DNA of 56,284 nucleotides from Bacteroides sp. UBA7335 (GTDB taxonomy: Bacteria; Bacteroidota; Bacteroidia; Bacteroidales; Bacteroidaceae): assembly GCA_002471185.1 (NCBI GenBank), contig DKPL01000003.1:1-56284 (forward strand), in the 5' to 3' direction. A model generated the notes under the pieces. The model was not told the DNA's origin, made no database searches, and saw nothing but the letters and a program-made list of their open reading frames with translations. The translations under genes were made by a program, and so were the position numbers. Within the stretch, counting starts at the first letter, position 1, and every line of letters begins with the position of its first letter. Shown one piece after another: positions 9,795 to 20,452 of the stretch.

Positions 9795-11711
9795 ATGAGA
9801 TTTCGATTGTTTACAGGATTATTGTGTTTGGTAAGTTTTGTCTATGGGCAAGAGCGAATTCATGTTAATCTAGACACGGTAATGGTTGTTGGACAAAAAG
9901 TAGATAACCGCGGTGGAGTAGGGGTGCGCAAAACTCAGGTTGATAAAGGTGAGCTGAAGCGTAATGCTACTCGAAGCTTGTCGGAGTTGTTGCTCGAAAG
10001 TACCTCGTTGCAGATTAAAAGCATGGGGCAGGGGGCACAGGCTACTGTTTCTTTTCGAGGCACTTCTTCCAATCACACGCAAGTGCTATGGAATGGGGTG
10101 TCTATCAATTCGCCGCAGTTGGGCAGTTTCGATTTCTCACAAATTCCGGTTTACTTTGTTGATGAAGTTACCTTAGTACATGGTAGTTCTACCCCATATG
10201 CATCGAGTGGTGCATTGGGGGGAACCATCAACTTTGCTAACCAAAACACACCGGTCGATGGACTGAAGGTAAACACCATAACCGAGCTGGCTTCTAATCA
10301 TACCTTTACTCAGGCTGCTACGTTTCGCTATGGTGCGGGACGGGTCACGGCTACTACTCGAGGTTATTATCAGCAGTCTGACAACGACTATAAATACATA
10401 AACAAAGTATATAGCAACAACCACACCATCGAACGTCGCAAAGAGGCCGACTATAAACAAGGGGGATTTATGCAAGAGGTGGGGTGGCAAATCTCCGACC
10501 GAAATAAATTGGCATGGAGTGGCTGGTATCAAGCCGACTCTAGGTCTTTGCCACAATCTATTATTGTAAATGTTACTGCTTCGGAGCAAAGCAAATCGCA
10601 AAACTACCGCACCATGCTCAATTATGAACACATGGGAACAGTGCACCGGGTAAATGCTACATGGGCTTATCTGCATGGTAAGATGGATTATAAACGCGAC
10701 TTTGGTATGTCTACTACCGACCATAGTGTCAATATCTTCAATAGTGTGGTGGGCAATGCCGAGTATCGCTATTTGGGATGGAAGAAGTTGATACCTACCG
10801 CCCTGGTGAGCTATCGCTTCGATAATGTTAACTCCGACAATTACGAAGGCAACAGGGCTTCGCGCAATAGCTACTCGTCGAAGTTGTTATTAACCTATTA
10901 TGCGTTATCTCGATTGCAGCTTGATGCAAGTGGTACTCTACAAGGGGTCGATCGTAAAGTTTTTGGTACCTATTCGGTATCGGCACGCTATCGGTTGATT
11001 CCGCAATACCTAGAGGTGAAAGTTTCACAAAGCTACAATCATCGTGTTCCAACGCTCAATGATTTGTATTGGAACCCCGGTGGAAATCCTGACCTGAAAG
11101 ATGAAACGTCGATGGGGTGGGATGCTACTTTGTCATCGCACTATAACTTATCAAACAAGTTACTGCTCGAAGGCGAAGCAACCTATTACGATATGTACGT
11201 AGACAACTGGATTATGTGGATTCCTAAAGGAAATGGCTACATCTGGGAGCCTGTGAATTTTAGTAATGTGCGTTCAAGTGGTGTAGAACTTAACGCACGC
11301 ATTAGTTTGTTGCTAGGCAGATTCAGACAAACGGCTTCTGCCATCTATACTTATGCACGCTCGGTCGATCAAAGCAATCGCGGTGATGGGGTAGAAGGGA
11401 AACAATTGCCCTATGTGCCACGCAACCGCTGGAGTATTGGCTACCGACTGGAATATCGCAATCAGTGGTGGTTTCATTACAACTCATCTTACACCGGCGT
11501 ACGCTTTACTTCTGCTGATGAGTCTTATCAAACCAATGCTTACACGTTGCACAATTTTGAGTTAGGCTATCGCACCAAACGTATCAAAGAGAAGTATCAG
11601 TTGGCTCTATCGGCTAAATTAGAAAATGCATTCAATGCTTACTACGAAAGTACGCAGTATTATCCCATGCCATTGCGTATGCTTTGGTGCCGTTTGACTT
11701 TCGATTTTTGA
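9795..11711 (+). CDS. btuB: TonB-dependent cobalamin receptor
   Basis: Plug motif FRGTSSNHTQVLWNG, PTLNDLYWNPGGNPDL, C-terminal Phe; lies in a cobalamin-riboswitch operon. Confidence 0.9.
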   Translation: MRFRLFTGLLCLVSFVYGQERIHVNLDTVMVVGQKVDNRGGVGVRKTQVDKGELKRNATRSLSELLLESTSLQIKSMGQGAQATVSFRGTSSNHTQVLWNGVSINSPQLGSFDFSQIPVYFVDEVTLVHGSSTPYASSGALGGTINFANQNTPVDGLKVNTITELASNHTFTQAATFRYGAGRVTATTRGYYQQSDNDYKYINKVYSNNHTIERRKEADYKQGGFMQEVGWQISDRNKLAWSGWYQADSRSLPQSIIVNVTASEQSKSQNYRTMLNYEHMGTVHRVNATWAYLHGKMDYKRDFGMSTTDHSVNIFNSVVGNAEYRYLGWKKLIPTALVSYRFDNVNSDNYEGNRASRNSYSSKLLLTYYALSRLQLDASGTLQGVDRKVFGTYSVSARYRLIPQYLEVKVSQSYNHRVPTLNDLYWNPGGNPDLKDETSMGWDATLSSHYNLSNKLLLEGEATYYDMYVDNWIMWIPKGNGYIWEPVNFSNVRSSGVELNARISLLLGRFRQTASAIYTYARSVDQSNRGDGVEGKQLPYVPRNRWSIGYRLEYRNQWWFHYNSSYTGVRFTSADESYQTNAYTLHNFELGYRTKRIKEKYQLALSAKLENAFNAYYESTQYYPMPLRMLWCRLTFDF

Positions 11712-11716
11712 TAAAT

Positions 11717-11758
11717 AAAGCGACCTACTGCTGTTGGGCAATAGGTCGCTTTCTTTTT
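11717..11758. terminator. Bidirectional terminator between btuB and pelA
   Basis: AAAGCGACCTA / TAGGTCGCTTT stem with a T-run. Confidence 0.8.
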
Positions 11759-11776
11759 ATTGAGGTAGTGTAAGTA

Positions 11777-12859
11777 TTACTTTTTACTATCTAGTTTCTT
11801 TTTCCATTGATCATACTTCTTCAACACTTTGCTGCCGTGGTTGTTGTACCAGCTATAGCCGTTGCGACGCTCGTGGCCAATCTCTGCAATGTCGTTTTTC
11901 TTTACGCCATCGCGGTCGCTAAAGAAAGGTTGATTGGTATCTAAATCGTAAAAACGTGCCCAAAGTGGCTCACAGTCTGTGCAAGGCACCATGCGATAAT
12001 CCTTCTTACCATTGGCATCGGTGAAAAACTCTTTCTTCAAGCCGGTCACTTGTGATGTTTTAAACCACTCTACTGCTCCCTCAACCGATGCTATAATTTC
12101 GGGCGATGGGTTAGGAATTGTCATCAACAGCAATACAATATCGTCAGATTCTTGACCACTGAACGAAGGAAGTTCGTAAGCTCTTGCCTTTGCCGGCTCC
12201 AAAGTCACCTCGTCGTGTTGAGCACACCATACAGTCAGTTTATTATCTTTCTTGATTTGTGTAGCCAATATACATGATACTCCCTTATCAAACGAAGCAC
12301 GAGCTTGCTCTACAATGTTTTCGGGAACAAACTGATAGGGTGCTTTCTTTTCGTATATATCGCGCAAAAGCTTCATCACATTGATCATGGCATTGTCATT
12401 GTAAGTAATGTGAGTGTAGTAGCCTTTGGGACGAGGCCAGAATTGAGGCCATCCACCATTGGGATATTGTGATTTGAAAAGATATTCGATACCACGAATG
12501 GCTGCTTCCTTGTACTTCTCAACGCCGGTAGCATTATACATACGAGCCAAGTACTGGATTTCGGTACTGGTAGCTCCATTGTCTATGGTGCTTTCGTTTA
12601 CCTTATCTTTTAGTTTGAGTGCCTTTTCGTGATCTTCGGGAGTCAACACGCTTTGCATTCTGATATTTTTGGGCCATCCACCGGTAGTTTGCTGATACAG
12701 CAATACATTATCAGCTATTCGGGCTGCTTCGGGGGTGGTAAGAAACGAGTCTTCAAACTTAGGGGCATCTTTTACCCAATCTTTATATGACATAGGATTT
12801 TGTGCTACGGCAGGTAAGCCGCACACAAAAGCAGTCGCAATCAAAATGAATTTTTTCAT
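11777..12859 (-). CDS. pelA: Pectate lyase, family PL10
   Basis: GGWPKN, TIDNGAT, NGGWPQF, ITYNDNAM, WCAQHD, ARAYELPS and ERRNGY motifs; signal peptide. Confidence 0.93.
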   Translation of the reverse strand: MKKFILIATAFVCGLPAVAQNPMSYKDWVKDAPKFEDSFLTTPEAARIADNVLLYQQTTGGWPKNIRMQSVLTPEDHEKALKLKDKVNESTIDNGATSTEIQYLARMYNATGVEKYKEAAIRGIEYLFKSQYPNGGWPQFWPRPKGYYTHITYNDNAMINVMKLLRDIYEKKAPYQFVPENIVEQARASFDKGVSCILATQIKKDNKLTVWCAQHDEVTLEPAKARAYELPSFSGQESDDIVLLLMTIPNPSPEIIASVEGAVEWFKTSQVTGLKKEFFTDANGKKDYRMVPCTDCEPLWARFYDLDTNQPFFSDRDGVKKNDIAEIGHERRNGYSWYNNHGSKVLKKYDQWKKKLDSKK

Positions 12860-12879
12860 GATAATTAGTTTTTGTAATA

Positions 12880-12887
12880 CAAAGGTA
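12880..12887 (-). promoter_or_regulatory. -7 element for pelA
   Basis: Reverse complement is TACCTTTG, about 20 nt upstream of the start. Confidence 0.6.
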
Positions 12888-12948
12888 GCATGAAACGTGG
12901 TGTACTACTTTGTAATAATTGTTATATGAGGTGAATAAATTGACCTTT

Positions 12949-14292
12949 TTACTGTAAATAAACCAGTACATTGCCACTGATGAGCAATAATGATACCTCA
13001 CACAACTTGGTGTTGTACTCTGAGGTTAACAATCGTTCCTCAGCGTCTAGCAGACTTTTTTGAGCTTCGCGCATCTCTATTCCCGATAAATCGCCCAAGA
13101 GGTAACGCTCCATAGCAATGTTATAATTGTCTTTTGCGGTAATCAGGTTTTGGCGTTCAAGCGTAACCAACTTGAAGTTATTAAGATAGGATTGCCAAAT
13201 GTTGCTTAAGTCGGCTTTCAGGGCCAACTCTAACTCTTCGCGTTGCAGCTGTTTGTTGCGAATGGCGAGGTTGGCATTTTGCTTTTCGCGTCGGCGGTTG
13301 CCATCAAAAAGGTTGATACCTACCGTCACTCCACCGTTAAACCCGAAGTTGCTACGTTCGCTATTGGCATTGATATCATACTTATTGAAGGTATATCCAT
13401 AACCGGCATTCAACCTCACATAGGGGTAATTGCGCGAAAGTACCTTTTTGTAATCCAATTGAGCCAAAACCGTGTTTTGATCGGCTTTGAGCAAAGAGGC
13501 ATTGGTAAGTAGGGTAGATTGCCACAATTCATCGAAGTTAAGCTGCTCTTTGAGCACAATCAGGGTGTCGATAATATGAACCGGTATATCTATTTGTTTA
13601 ATGGCCATCCACTCATTCAGGTTGATGCACGAGGATTGAAGTGCCTCTTGTTGTTGCAAGTACTTGGCTTTGTCGGCATTGTAATCGACCTTTGCCTGTT
13701 GATAATCGAGCCCCGAGAAGTTGCCAATGCGATATCGCTCTTCTACAATGCGTAGTCGCTCAGCCGATAGTTTCACGGCATAATGCAAGTTGGCCAAGCG
13801 AATGTTTTGCTGAATGTAGTTGTAGTATTCGGCAGTTAGTCCTGCCACAAAGTCCTCGATAGCAATCCGAGTGTTTGTCTCGCCTTGGCGCTCAAGCTCT
13901 TTTAGTTTTTTATAGTTGGTCGAAATGTTGAAACCATCAAATAGTGTCCAGTTAAGGTTGACTCCGGCATTCAGGGTCTGATCAAATACATTGCGTTCAG
14001 AATTAACCTCACCGGTACTGCGAAGTGTGGCATTGGTATTCTCTACTGTTCCTCGATAGCTACCGCTTAAATCTACAGTAGGCAGATACCCGGCATTGCC
14101 CGGGGTGGCATTGTTGGCACTTATCTGTTGTTCGTTGTGAGCAATACGTAGCGAATAGTTGTTCTCCAATCCTATATTGAGACACTCTTGCAAACTAAGG
14201 GTATCATTGGCTGCCTGTTGAGCTGCTACCGAGATAAAACATCCACCAACGGCTACACTCAGTAATAAACATTTCCAACTTCTATTTTTCAT
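12949..14292 (-). CDS. TolC family outer membrane efflux protein
   Basis: Signal peptide; LSLQECLNIGLENN and LNWTLFDGF motifs; last gene of an RND operon. Confidence 0.9.
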   Translation of the reverse strand: MKNRSWKCLLLSVAVGGCFISVAAQQAANDTLSLQECLNIGLENNYSLRIAHNEQQISANNATPGNAGYLPTVDLSGSYRGTVENTNATLRSTGEVNSERNVFDQTLNAGVNLNWTLFDGFNISTNYKKLKELERQGETNTRIAIEDFVAGLTAEYYNYIQQNIRLANLHYAVKLSAERLRIVEERYRIGNFSGLDYQQAKVDYNADKAKYLQQQEALQSSCINLNEWMAIKQIDIPVHIIDTLIVLKEQLNFDELWQSTLLTNASLLKADQNTVLAQLDYKKVLSRNYPYVRLNAGYGYTFNKYDINANSERSNFGFNGGVTVGINLFDGNRRREKQNANLAIRNKQLQREELELALKADLSNIWQSYLNNFKLVTLERQNLITAKDNYNIAMERYLLGDLSGIEMREAQKSLLDAEERLLTSEYNTKLCEVSLLLISGNVLVYLQ

Positions 14293-17200
14293 CTTCTTCG
14301 TTTTTAATGATAGCTGTTTTATTTGATCTGCTAGTCGATATAAAACTATAAATGGCGGGTACGATATACATGGTTAGTAGTGTAGAAATAACCATTCCGC
14401 CTACTACTGCGCTTCCCATGGCGATGCGTTGATTGCTACCCTCGCCCGATGCAACTGCCAAAGGCATCAATCCTAAAACGGTCGAAGCACTGGTCATTAA
14501 GATAGGACGAAGACGTTGCAGTGAAGCATCTTTGATGGCAGCTAGTTTCGATTCTCCCCACGCTTGTTTTTGGTTGGCAAACTCTACAATTAGGATACCA
14601 TTTTTTGCTACCAACCCAATCAGCATAATAATCCCAATCTGACTGAAGATGTTCATGGTGATACCACCAAAATGCATAAAGAGTAAGGCTCCTGCAATGG
14701 CCAATGGCACGGTAAGCATAATAATCAATGGGTCTTTGAAGCTTTCGAACTGAGCAGCAAGAATCAAGTAAATCAGTACAATGGCTAGAATGAAAGCAAA
14801 CATTAAGCTAGAAGAGCTTTCGCGGTACTCTTTCGAATCACCCGATAAAGCGGTTCGGAAAGTGTCATCAAGTGTCTCTTTGGCTATCTCGTCCATGGCA
14901 TCCAGTCCCTCACCAATTGTTTTGCCCGGTGCTAAACCGGCAGAGATGGTGGCAGATACAAAACGGTTGTATCGATAGAGCTGTGGCGGAGCAATGCCTT
15001 CGGCTAGTTCAATCAGGTTATCAAGCTGAATCATTTCTCCTTTGTCGCTACGGATGTAGATGGATTTCAAATCAGCAGGTTTGTTGCGCTGCTGACGGTT
15101 GATTTCGCCTAAGATTTCATACTGTTTTCCATTCATGTAGAAGTAACCCATGCGCTGACCGCTCAATCCGTATTGAAGGGTTTGTGCGATGTTGCGTGTA
15201 CTTACTCCCATCGTATTGGCCTTGTCGCGATTGATGTTGATTCTTGATTCCGGTTTGCTAAACTTTAAGTTAACATCAGCCATCTGAAAAGTGGGGTTTT
15301 CATAAACTTTGGTCATGAATATCGGCAATACCTCTTGAAGTTTCTCAATATTAATGGCTTGAAGCACATATTGCACAGGCATACTTCCACGGCGTCCGCC
15401 AAACGATGAGGCTTGTTGCACAAACGAGCGAGCCATGGTTTGTTTTTGCACAGCTTTTGATAATTTTTCAGCAACCTCCATTTGAGTGTAGTCGCGCTCA
15501 TTCATCTCTTTTAGGGTGATGCGCACATTCCCACTTCCACTCGATACACGTGCCGTTACTGCTTTAGCATCGGGCACAATAGAGTCTACCAATTGGTTGA
15601 TGTGTTCGGTATAGTCGCGTATATACTCATACGTTACCCCTTCTGCACCACGTGTAGAGATGGTAATCTGCGAACGGTCTTCCAACGGTGCCATCTCACT
15701 TGGAATGTGTGTCCATAGGTAGACAATCACGCCCAGCGTTAAAGCTGTAAAAGGTAAGGCAACCCAACGAACTTTTAAGAAACGGTCTAGTGACTGACTA
15801 TACAACCGGTTCATACCTTCAAAAAAGGGTTCTGTTTTTGTATAAAACCAGTTTTTCTTTTCGCGACGCACCAATAGTTTGGTAGCCAACATCGGTGTAA
15901 AGGTTAGTGCTGCAAAAGATGAGATAATAACCGAACCTGAAATAACGATGCTAAACTCGCGGAATAGACGACCGGTAATTCCATCCATAAATAAAATAGG
16001 AAAGAACACAGCAACTAGCGTAATGGTGGTGGAGATAACCGCAAAAAATATCTCTTTTGCTCCCTCAATGCCGGCTTCTTTGGGAGGCATGCCTCGCTCT
16101 ATGCGTACGTAGATATTCTCGGTCATAACAATGGCATCGTCTACTACCAACCCTACAGCCAAAACAACTGCTAGCATGGAGAGAACATTGATTGAGAATC
16201 CTGCCACATACATCACAAAGAATGCACCGATAAGAGATACCGGTATAACGATGCAGGGAACCAATGTTACGCGCCAATCGCGCAGGAAAAGAAAGATAAT
16301 CACAATAACCAATGCGAAGGCTATGAATACCGTGTCTTTCACCTCCTTGATGGAAGCACGAATAAACTTTGTGCTGTCGAATCCATAATCGTAATGAACA
16401 TCCTCCGGGAGGTCTTTCTTCATTCGTTCCATGCGGTCATAAACCGCGTCGGCAATCTGAATGTGGTTGGCACCTGGTTGAGGAGTAACTACTACACCCA
16501 CCATCGGCACACCGTTCATCTTCATGTAGCTTCGTATGTTGGCAGGTCCCAATTCGGCTCTACCAATATCACTAAATCGTATGATGCGGTTATTGTCTTC
16601 TTTTATAATTAGGTTGTTGAACTCTTCTGCCGTGTGCATCAAGCCTAAGGTACGTATGGTTAGCTCGGTTGTTTCGCCTTCAATACTACCCGAGGGAAGT
16701 TCTACATTTTCGCGGTCTACGGCATTTTTCACATCAATAGGAGTAACTCCGTATCCCGACATTTTAATGGGATCGAGCCACAAACGCATGGAGTATCTTT
16801 TTTCTCCCCAGATAGAAACTCCACTCACATCGGCAATGGTTTGAAGCTGCTCTTTTACGGTTAGTTCGGCAATTTCGCTGAGTTCAAGCAAAGAGCGCTT
16901 ATCGCTTTGCAACGCTACCATTAAGATAGGCATGGCATCTGCGTCTGCTTTCGAAACTGTTGGAGGGTCGCAATCGCGGGGTAAATAGCGCTGAGCACGC
17001 GACACTTTATCGCGCACGTCATTGGCTGCTGTCTCTAAGTCTACCGAGAGTTCAAACTCTACGGTAATGCTACTTTTGCCTTGTTGACTTACGCTCGATA
17101 AAGAACGAATGCCGGGAATGCCGTTGATGTTTTGTTCTAGTGGTTCGGTGATTTGGTTTTCTATTACATCGGCATTAGCACCGGGGTATGAACAGCTTAC

Positions 17201-17338
17201 CGAGATGATTGGATTATCTACCGAAGGATATTCACGTACTCCTAAATAGGTGTAGCCTATGATACCGAATATAAGTATGATAATGGTGAGAACTGTAGCA
17301 AGTACAGGTCTGCGTATGCTGAGTTCGGATATATTCAT
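14282..17338 (-). CDS. RND efflux permease (AcrB/AcrD/AcrF family)
   Basis: 1018 aa; GLVVDDAIV, KNGILIVEF and RLRPILMT motifs. Confidence 0.95.
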   Translation of the reverse strand: MNISELSIRRPVLATVLTIIILIFGIIGYTYLGVREYPSVDNPIISVSCSYPGANADVIENQITEPLEQNINGIPGIRSLSSVSQQGKSSITVEFELSVDLETAANDVRDKVSRAQRYLPRDCDPPTVSKADADAMPILMVALQSDKRSLLELSEIAELTVKEQLQTIADVSGVSIWGEKRYSMRLWLDPIKMSGYGVTPIDVKNAVDRENVELPSGSIEGETTELTIRTLGLMHTAEEFNNLIIKEDNNRIIRFSDIGRAELGPANIRSYMKMNGVPMVGVVVTPQPGANHIQIADAVYDRMERMKKDLPEDVHYDYGFDSTKFIRASIKEVKDTVFIAFALVIVIIFLFLRDWRVTLVPCIVIPVSLIGAFFVMYVAGFSINVLSMLAVVLAVGLVVDDAIVMTENIYVRIERGMPPKEAGIEGAKEIFFAVISTTITLVAVFFPILFMDGITGRLFREFSIVISGSVIISSFAALTFTPMLATKLLVRREKKNWFYTKTEPFFEGMNRLYSQSLDRFLKVRWVALPFTALTLGVIVYLWTHIPSEMAPLEDRSQITISTRGAEGVTYEYIRDYTEHINQLVDSIVPDAKAVTARVSSGSGNVRITLKEMNERDYTQMEVAEKLSKAVQKQTMARSFVQQASSFGGRRGSMPVQYVLQAINIEKLQEVLPIFMTKVYENPTFQMADVNLKFSKPESRININRDKANTMGVSTRNIAQTLQYGLSGQRMGYFYMNGKQYEILGEINRQQRNKPADLKSIYIRSDKGEMIQLDNLIELAEGIAPPQLYRYNRFVSATISAGLAPGKTIGEGLDAMDEIAKETLDDTFRTALSGDSKEYRESSSSLMFAFILAIVLIYLILAAQFESFKDPLIIMLTVPLAIAGALLFMHFGGITMNIFSQIGIIMLIGLVAKNGILIVEFANQKQAWGESKLAAIKDASLQRLRPILMTSASTVLGLMPLAVASGEGSNQRIAMGSAVVGGMVISTLLTMYIVPAIYSFISTSRSNKTAIIKNEEDEK

Positions 17339-17356
17339 GATAAAAGATTGAGTAGA

Positions 17357-18439
17357 TTAGTCGATATTGTCTAAAGTTACCGGCAGCCCCATACGCAACT
17401 GTAAGGTTCCTGAGGTAATGATTGTGTCGCCTATCGCTAGACCTTTTACCACTTGCACCTCTCCCGCAGTGCGAATGCCGGTCGTGATTTCTGCCGGTTC
17501 GGCTTTTCCTGCTTTATACAAGTAGATTATGTCTTTTCCCATTTCGGGAATTATGGCTTGCGAGGGAACTGCAATCGCATCTTTGATTTCTGCTCTTTTC
17601 AGTTGCACACTGGCATAGCGTCCCGGTAGCAATTCTCCGTTGCTATTGGCATATAAGGCACGGATGGGTAGGGTATGAGTGGCGGGATCTATTTTCGACT
17701 CCAAGGCATAGACTTGTGCTGTATAATTTTTTAGCTTACCTTCGATGTTAAAGGTTAGATTGGTTCCTTTTTTTACATCTCCTGCATAGCGTTCGGGTAC
17801 GGCAAACTCCACCTTGAGTGGTGAAATGCGTGTTAGTTTGGCTACTTGTGTACTTGGAGTTGCGTAGGTACCCACACTGATTTGGCGAAGCCCAATCACT
17901 CCTTCGAAAGGTGCCCGAAGTTCGGTGAGTGCAATATTGGCTTTTACTAATTCAATATCAGCATTGAGAGTGGCCAATTCGGTTTGAACCTGTTCGAGCG
18001 CCTCCTGACTTACTGCATCTTTCTTTAGCAAGGCACTTTGTCTATATACTCTATCTTCGGCTAGCTTTAGTTGCGATTCTAGTTTTTGCAGTTGTGCCTG
18101 TAGCGAACGGTCGTTCACTTTAGCCAGTAGCTGTCCTTTTTTTACTAAACTGCCCTCTTCAAAATAGATATCCGTCACCTTGCCGGATGTTTCAAAAGAG
18201 AGATCTACCTCTTCATCGGGCACCAAACTGCCACTAATGAATATTTCGTCAGTTAAAAGTTGGGGTTTTATGATTTGGGCATTTACATTTAATGTACGTT
18301 TGGCATTACTTTTAGGTTTTGCAATTTTATCGGCCGCCTCCAACTCTTTATTCGATTTGGGTAATTGCGAGTAGACAATGCCTCCAATAACTCCTACACC
18401 TATTAAAACAATAATGCTCCACTTCACTCTTTTGTCCAT
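17357..18439 (-). CDS. RND periplasmic adaptor (membrane fusion protein)
   Basis: N-terminal TM anchor; lipoyl-like motifs VKKGQLL and RAPFEG; start moved to MDKRVKW at 18439. Confidence 0.9.
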   Translation of the reverse strand: MDKRVKWSIIVLIGVGVIGGIVYSQLPKSNKELEAADKIAKPKSNAKRTLNVNAQIIKPQLLTDEIFISGSLVPDEEVDLSFETSGKVTDIYFEEGSLVKKGQLLAKVNDRSLQAQLQKLESQLKLAEDRVYRQSALLKKDAVSQEALEQVQTELATLNADIELVKANIALTELRAPFEGVIGLRQISVGTYATPSTQVAKLTRISPLKVEFAVPERYAGDVKKGTNLTFNIEGKLKNYTAQVYALESKIDPATHTLPIRALYANSNGELLPGRYASVQLKRAEIKDAIAVPSQAIIPEMGKDIIYLYKAGKAEPAEITTGIRTAGEVQVVKGLAIGDTIITSGTLQLRMGLPVTLDNID

Positions 18440-18558
18440 GTTTATATTCGCTTTGATGAGAGTCGTGTTTTCAAACAAGACTCTATGTTTTTAATCGTGG
18501 TATTTGATTTAAGACGAAGTAACCGGGCAAAAGTTTAATTCCCTTTTGGTAAAAAAGG

Positions 18559-19491
18559 TTAATGAGCTGCCCGATACTTTCCCTCTTCTTTGTCTTCAAG
18601 CATACTCAAATACGAGTTATATCTTGACTCGCTGATGTGATGTTGCTTCACAGCCTCCAAAACAGCGCATCCCGGTTCGTGACGATGCGTGCAGTTGTTG
18701 TATTTACACTGTTCCGAAGCTTTAAATATTTCAGGGAAGTAGTGTCCTATCTCTTCTACCTCCATGTCGAAAGTTCCGAAGCCTTTGATGCCCGGTGTGT
18801 CAATAATATATCCGCCATCTTCTACAGGAAACATCTCGGAGAAGGTGGTGGTGTGCATCCCTTTTTTATGATAAGATGAAATTTCAGCCGTTTTCACATG
18901 GATGCCTGGCACCAATGCATTAATCAGCGTAGATTTTCCTACTCCGGAGTGTCCCGAAAAAAGAGTGATTTTACCTTTTAATTCATTTTGAATGGTCTCA
19001 ATACCTATTCCTTCTTTAGCCGATACCTTAAAACAAGGGTAGCCAATGTAGGTGTAAAGGCTTATTAAACAGTCCAAATAGCTCAGGTCGTCTTCGTTGT
19101 ATGCATCGATTTTGTTAAAGATAATTTTAACCGGTACTCGATAAGCTTCGGCTGAGGCCAAAAAACGATCGATAAAGGTCGTTGATGTTTCGGGATAGTT
19201 TACCGTGACAACGAGTAGACACTGGTCGAGATTGGCAGCAAGAATATGCGATTGTTTAGAAAGGTTTGACGAACGTCGTACAATGTAGTTCTTGCGCTCT
19301 TCAATGTCCGATATGAAAGCTGTTCCCTCTGCATTCATCACAATTGTCACGCGGTCGCCTACGGCAATAGGATTAGTGCTTTTGATATCTTTCAAGCGAA
19401 AGTTACCCTTGATTTTACAATCAACAATTCGGTCGTCATCGGTTTTTACCTGATACCAACTTCCGGTATTTTTAATCACTAATCCTTTCAT
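18559..19491 (-). CDS. rsgA: Ribosome small subunit-dependent GTPase A
   Basis: [16 protein letters not shown] and DTPG motifs plus Zn site [14 protein letters not shown]; start moved to MKGLVIK at 19491. Confidence 0.96.
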   Translation of the reverse strand: MKGLVIKNTGSWYQVKTDDDRIVDCKIKGNFRLKDIKSTNPIAVGDRVTIVMNAEGTAFISDIEERKNYIVRRSSNLSKQSHILAANLDQCLLVVTVNYPETSTTFIDRFLASAEAYRVPVKIIFNKIDAYNEDDLSYLDCLISLYTYIGYPCFKVSAKEGIGIETIQNELKGKITLFSGHSGVGKSTLINALVPGIHVKTAEISSYHKKGMHTTTFSEMFPVEDGGYIIDTPGIKGFGTFDMEVEEIGHYFPEIFKASEQCKYNNCTHRHEPGCAVLEAVKQHHISESRYNSYLSMLEDKEEGKYRAAH

Positions 19492-19525
19492 AAATGGTGG
19501 TTTTGCAATACTTATATATAAATGA

Positions 19526-19595
19526 CTAAACACGGATTTCACGGTTACACTATCCTAAAGAATAATGTTTTAATGCCCGTGTAATCCGTGTTTAG
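19526..19595. repeat. REP-like inverted repeat
   Basis: CTAAACACGGATTTCACGG (19526-19544) / CCGTGTAATCCGTGTTTAG (19577-19595), one mismatch. Confidence 0.8.
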
Positions 19596-19636
19596 AATGA
19601 TAATAAAAATCGTTATATCTGAGAATGTAATTGAAA

Positions 19637-20197
19637 TTACACAGTCATTATTTCTTTATCTTTTTCGGCAAGCATATCATCAATTTGCTTGATGTACTTA
19701 TCGTGAAGCTTCTGAAGTTTTGCTTCGGCATTCTTTTGCTCATCCTCAGCAAGTCCGTCTTTTACTGCTTTCTTAAGTGTATCAATTGCTTCACGACGTG
19801 CGTTGCGAACACTCACTTTAGCTGTTTCGCTTTCAGCTTTACACTGTTTGGTAAGCTGTTTACGGCGTTCTTCAGTCAATGGAGGGATACCCAAACGAAT
19901 GATTTCTCCATTATTTTCGGGCATGATACCAAGGTCAGAGTCGATAATTGCTTTTTCTATTACACGAAACATGCTCTTATCCCAAGGCTTAATTGTGATG
20001 CTGCGAGCATCCGGAGTAGAAACCGCTGCAACGTTATCAATAGGCACCATGCTACCGTATGAATCAACACGAATACCGTCTAACAAGCGTGTGCTGGCTT
20101 TTCCGGCGCGAATATGAGCAAATGCTTCATCTAAATAGATCATTGCCATATCCATTTTTTCTTGTGCTTCGTTCATGCAAGTCTTTACGTCTACCAT
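19637..20197 (-). CDS. frr: Ribosome recycling factor
   Basis: [17 protein letters not shown] and VRNARR motifs. Confidence 0.97.
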   Translation of the reverse strand: MVDVKTCMNEAQEKMDMAMIYLDEAFAHIRAGKASTRLLDGIRVDSYGSMVPIDNVAAVSTPDARSITIKPWDKSMFRVIEKAIIDSDLGIMPENNGEIIRLGIPPLTEERRKQLTKQCKAESETAKVSVRNARREAIDTLKKAVKDGLAEDEQKNAEAKLQKLHDKYIKQIDDMLAEKDKEIMTV

Positions 20198-20452
20198 ATT
20201 CTTTTGTTTTATAGATTGCTATGTTATTATATAGAATTAAAAACAAAAATAGAGCATTTGTTTTAAATGACAAAATAAAAATAGTTATATCAATCTTTAC
20301 ATCTCCCACAAAATGCTTTGCTGCTTATTTCTTTCAACGAAAAATCTAAATATGTGAGTACAAAAAGCGAGGTTGTCTAGTCTTATTCTTGTTTATAGAA
20401 ATGAGTATTTAGTGTTTATAACACTATGATTATATAACCGAAAGTATCAATA

